Positions 61,357 to 64,000 of a stretch of DNA of 64,000 nucleotides are shown here, one piece after another (position 1 is the first letter of the stretch; each line of letters begins with the position of its first letter). The DNA is taken from NCBI GenBank assembly GCA_022605425.2, contig CM061253.1:372001-436000 (forward strand), in the 5' to 3' direction. The stretch is from Hamiltosporidium tvaerminnensis FI-OER-3-3. Its lineage: Eukaryota > Fungi > Microsporidia. The translations under genes and the position numbers were made by a program. The notes under the pieces were generated by a model. It had not been told where the DNA came from, did not search any database, and saw only the letters and a list, made by a program, of their open reading frames with translations.

Positions 61357-64000
61357 ATGGGTAGAAAGAAAAATGCTAGCAGCGAAATATCGAAAAATAC
61401 CAAAATAAAGGCTGCAAACGACGCTGATGAGGTGAAGAAGAGTGATAGTGAGGTACAAAAATGTAAGCTGCACCCACCGGCGATTTCCCTACCTTCCTCC
61501 TCCTACACAACAATAACACCTCCACCAAGCCAAACATGCAGTAAAATGCAAAATAGTGGGCTTGACACCTTACCTTCGCCTAATACACCAGTTCCCTTTT
61601 CGGTTGAAGTCTCTGCGTGCGAGCCATCGTACGACATGACAAGCCCCTGTGCTCTAGCTAGTCCGGAAGGTAACAGGCTAATGGCATTGCGGTCGATATT
61701 CGATTCCGTAACAGCCCACCTGAAGGAATGGCCTCGAATTGTTTTTTTTGCAGTACAGACAAGGTTTGAAAGAATGCCAAGAAATGGCTGGACAGAGCTT
61801 CACAGGTACTATAATGAGAAATTCGGCTGCACTGAAACTCTCGAAGTGTTAAAAAAATTGGCACAAAGTGAGATGGGAAAGGAAGTAAAATCAGAAGAGA
61901 ATGGAGAGCGACGTAGAATCGCCACTTGTCTCGCTGATACATGCACCTTGACCGACACCACAGAGTACATAAACCTGAGAGATAAATTCTTGAGTAAAAT
62001 CAAAGAAATCTCGATGAAGGAAATTGGAAAAGTGAGGGTCTGAACTCGAAAGCTTCCAAGTGAATTGGTTGACAGTAAAGTTTTGGACCTTATTAATCGA
62101 ATTATCGGTGAGTATGCTGATTCTTATGTGCCGATGACGATAACTGCAGTGGCACAAATAATCAAGGCAGCCCAGGTATTCTATGACGAGGCTACACGTA
62201 AAGAAAAGCCTAGATCCGCTTGGAAGGAAAACATAGAAAGTGAAATTTCTAAGTTAGTACTTTCCAAAGATCTTCTCGAGAAGGCTCGTAAGCAGAAAAT
62301 GCTCTCCACTTCGGAAACGAAGAGCCTTAAGAAAATCATGCGAGAGTTTAATTTAAACTTGAGCAGCGTAACTGATCTTTCTGAGGCTTTAGTTAAGAAG
62401 AATGAGTCTTTGAATGTTTACGAGAAAAAAATTACGATGCATGAAAGTAGGAAGCAATTCCGAAAAGAGAATCGTATGTTTGAGCTTTTCCGAGGTCGAT
62501 TTTATCGTGGGTTATCTGAGCGTGTAGAATCCGAGCATGTGGTTAGCCGTGATGAAATTGTGAGTTTTTGGTCTACAATGTGGAACAAAAAAAATGACAC
62601 GTTCACGATGATTATTTGATTCCATTTGTATCAGATAATCATCCGACCACGTTTCCTTCCCTTGATGAATTTGTAAATATCATTTATTGGCTTCCGAATT
62701 GGAAAGCTGCTGGAATTGATGGTATTTACAATTTTTTCATCAAGAAACTTACAAATCTTCACAAATATACTTATGATATTGTAAAAGTTATATGTTTAGA
62801 AGGAACAACTCAAGCTGATTGGTTTTACTGCAGGCTTACGTATTTGATACCGAAAGGAATTACACGAAGAGGCTCTGACTACAGGCCAATCACTTGTATG
62901 TCCAACCTCTACAAGTTAACGACAAAGTGTGTAACAAAGGTCGTTCAACTTGAAGTGGAAAGGCGAGGGTTGCTTGCAGAGAACCAATTAGGGGCGGTAA
63001 GAGGTGTGCAGGGAGCGAAAGAGCAGGCTCTACTGAATATTGCGTTAAATAAAGAGTATGGAAATAATCTTAAGGCAACATGGATTGATGTTAAAAAGCT
63101 TATGATTCAATAGATCATGCTTATTTAACTCAATGCATAGGAAACCTTAATTTACCTGATTGGACCCTGAAATTTATTAAGGTAATTATATCAAAATGGA
63201 AAATTGATATATCAGTAGGGCCTGAAAAAATCATGAGCAAGAAGATTGATAGAGGGATTCTACAAGGAGATAGTTTGTCACCTTTGTTATTTGTGTTGTG
63301 TATGGATCCATTAAGCCGAAAGCTTAATGAAAAATACACAAAAGTGACAGTACAAACTGATGCAGAATCCCATTCTACTAATCATCTCTTGTTTATTGAT
63401 GATCTTAAGCTCCTTGCAAAAGACAGCTCCACATTGAGAGCTATGACAGGCGAGGCAAAGGAATTTTTAGAGGTGATTGGCTTAGAGATTAACAAAGAGA
63501 AGTCAGCCACAAATGATACGTGTTGTGAAGATACTGCTACTCTTCTAGAAGGTGTTGGTGTTTACAAATATTTAGGAATAATAGAAGATAGCAGAGGAAC
63601 CCCAACACGTAGCTCATTTCAAGAAGTACAGAGCAAACTTATATCAAGAGTTGAAAGACTTTGTCACACTAGATTAAACGCAAAAAAATTATTTTCTGCA
63701 ATCAATCAACATGCGATATGGTTAATCAACTATCACATAGGAGTACTTCGACTTGAACCGGCTGACTTCTCTAATTTAGATGATGCAGTGCGTGCGGTGT
63801 TGGTGAAGAATACAATACATCTCCGCCCAGGATGTAAAGAGCGTTTGTATCTTCCTAGAGCAGAACTTGGAAGAGGTCTACATAGTGTTGAGTTGCGAAG
63901 CGAACATATGCTTCTGCAACTCTTGGATTGTCTGGAAAAAAGTAAAGAAATATCAACTAGACGAGCAGCAATCCTAAGGTGGAGAATTATAATAAAACTC
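61357..64000 (+). mobile_element. R4/Dong-like retrotransposon, 5' part of another full-length copy (runs off the window), inactivated
   Basis: Highly similar to 42100-44753(-) starting at MGRKKN; stop at 62041 and frameshifts at ~62600 and ~63095. Confidence 0.93.

Overview
AT-rich, gene-sparse eukaryotic DNA that reads as a large-genome microsporidian (Hamiltosporidium-like; inferred from CCC motifs just before start codons, apparently intronless compact genes, lineage-specific LRR proteins and the transposon load). Recognisable genes are SOF1/DCAF13, a VAP/SCS2 MSP protein, a GID8-like LisH/CTLH protein, a divergent dUTPase, SWI3/RSC8, DIS3/RRP44 and URM1, plus several hypothetical or LRR genes and pseudogenes. 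Mobile DNA comprises six copies or fragments of an R4/Dong-like RT+RLE non-LTR retrotransposon (one nested inside a Tc1/IS630 element), a small MITE-like hairpin and probable Ty3/gypsy relics. The most notable unexplained signals are: (1) a ~720-bp non-coding element in four full-length copies with long-range helices and UUCG/GNRA tetraloops on one strand, one copy fused to the retrotransposon 3' end; (2) a separate single-copy ~260-nt nested-helix RNA candidate at 60.6-60.9 kb; (3) two gene islands where intergenic spacers and most in-gene insertions run G-rich to C-rich with telomere-like motifs, and gene ends are tandemly re-duplicated. All alignments and folds were done by eye, and many boundaries are approximate.
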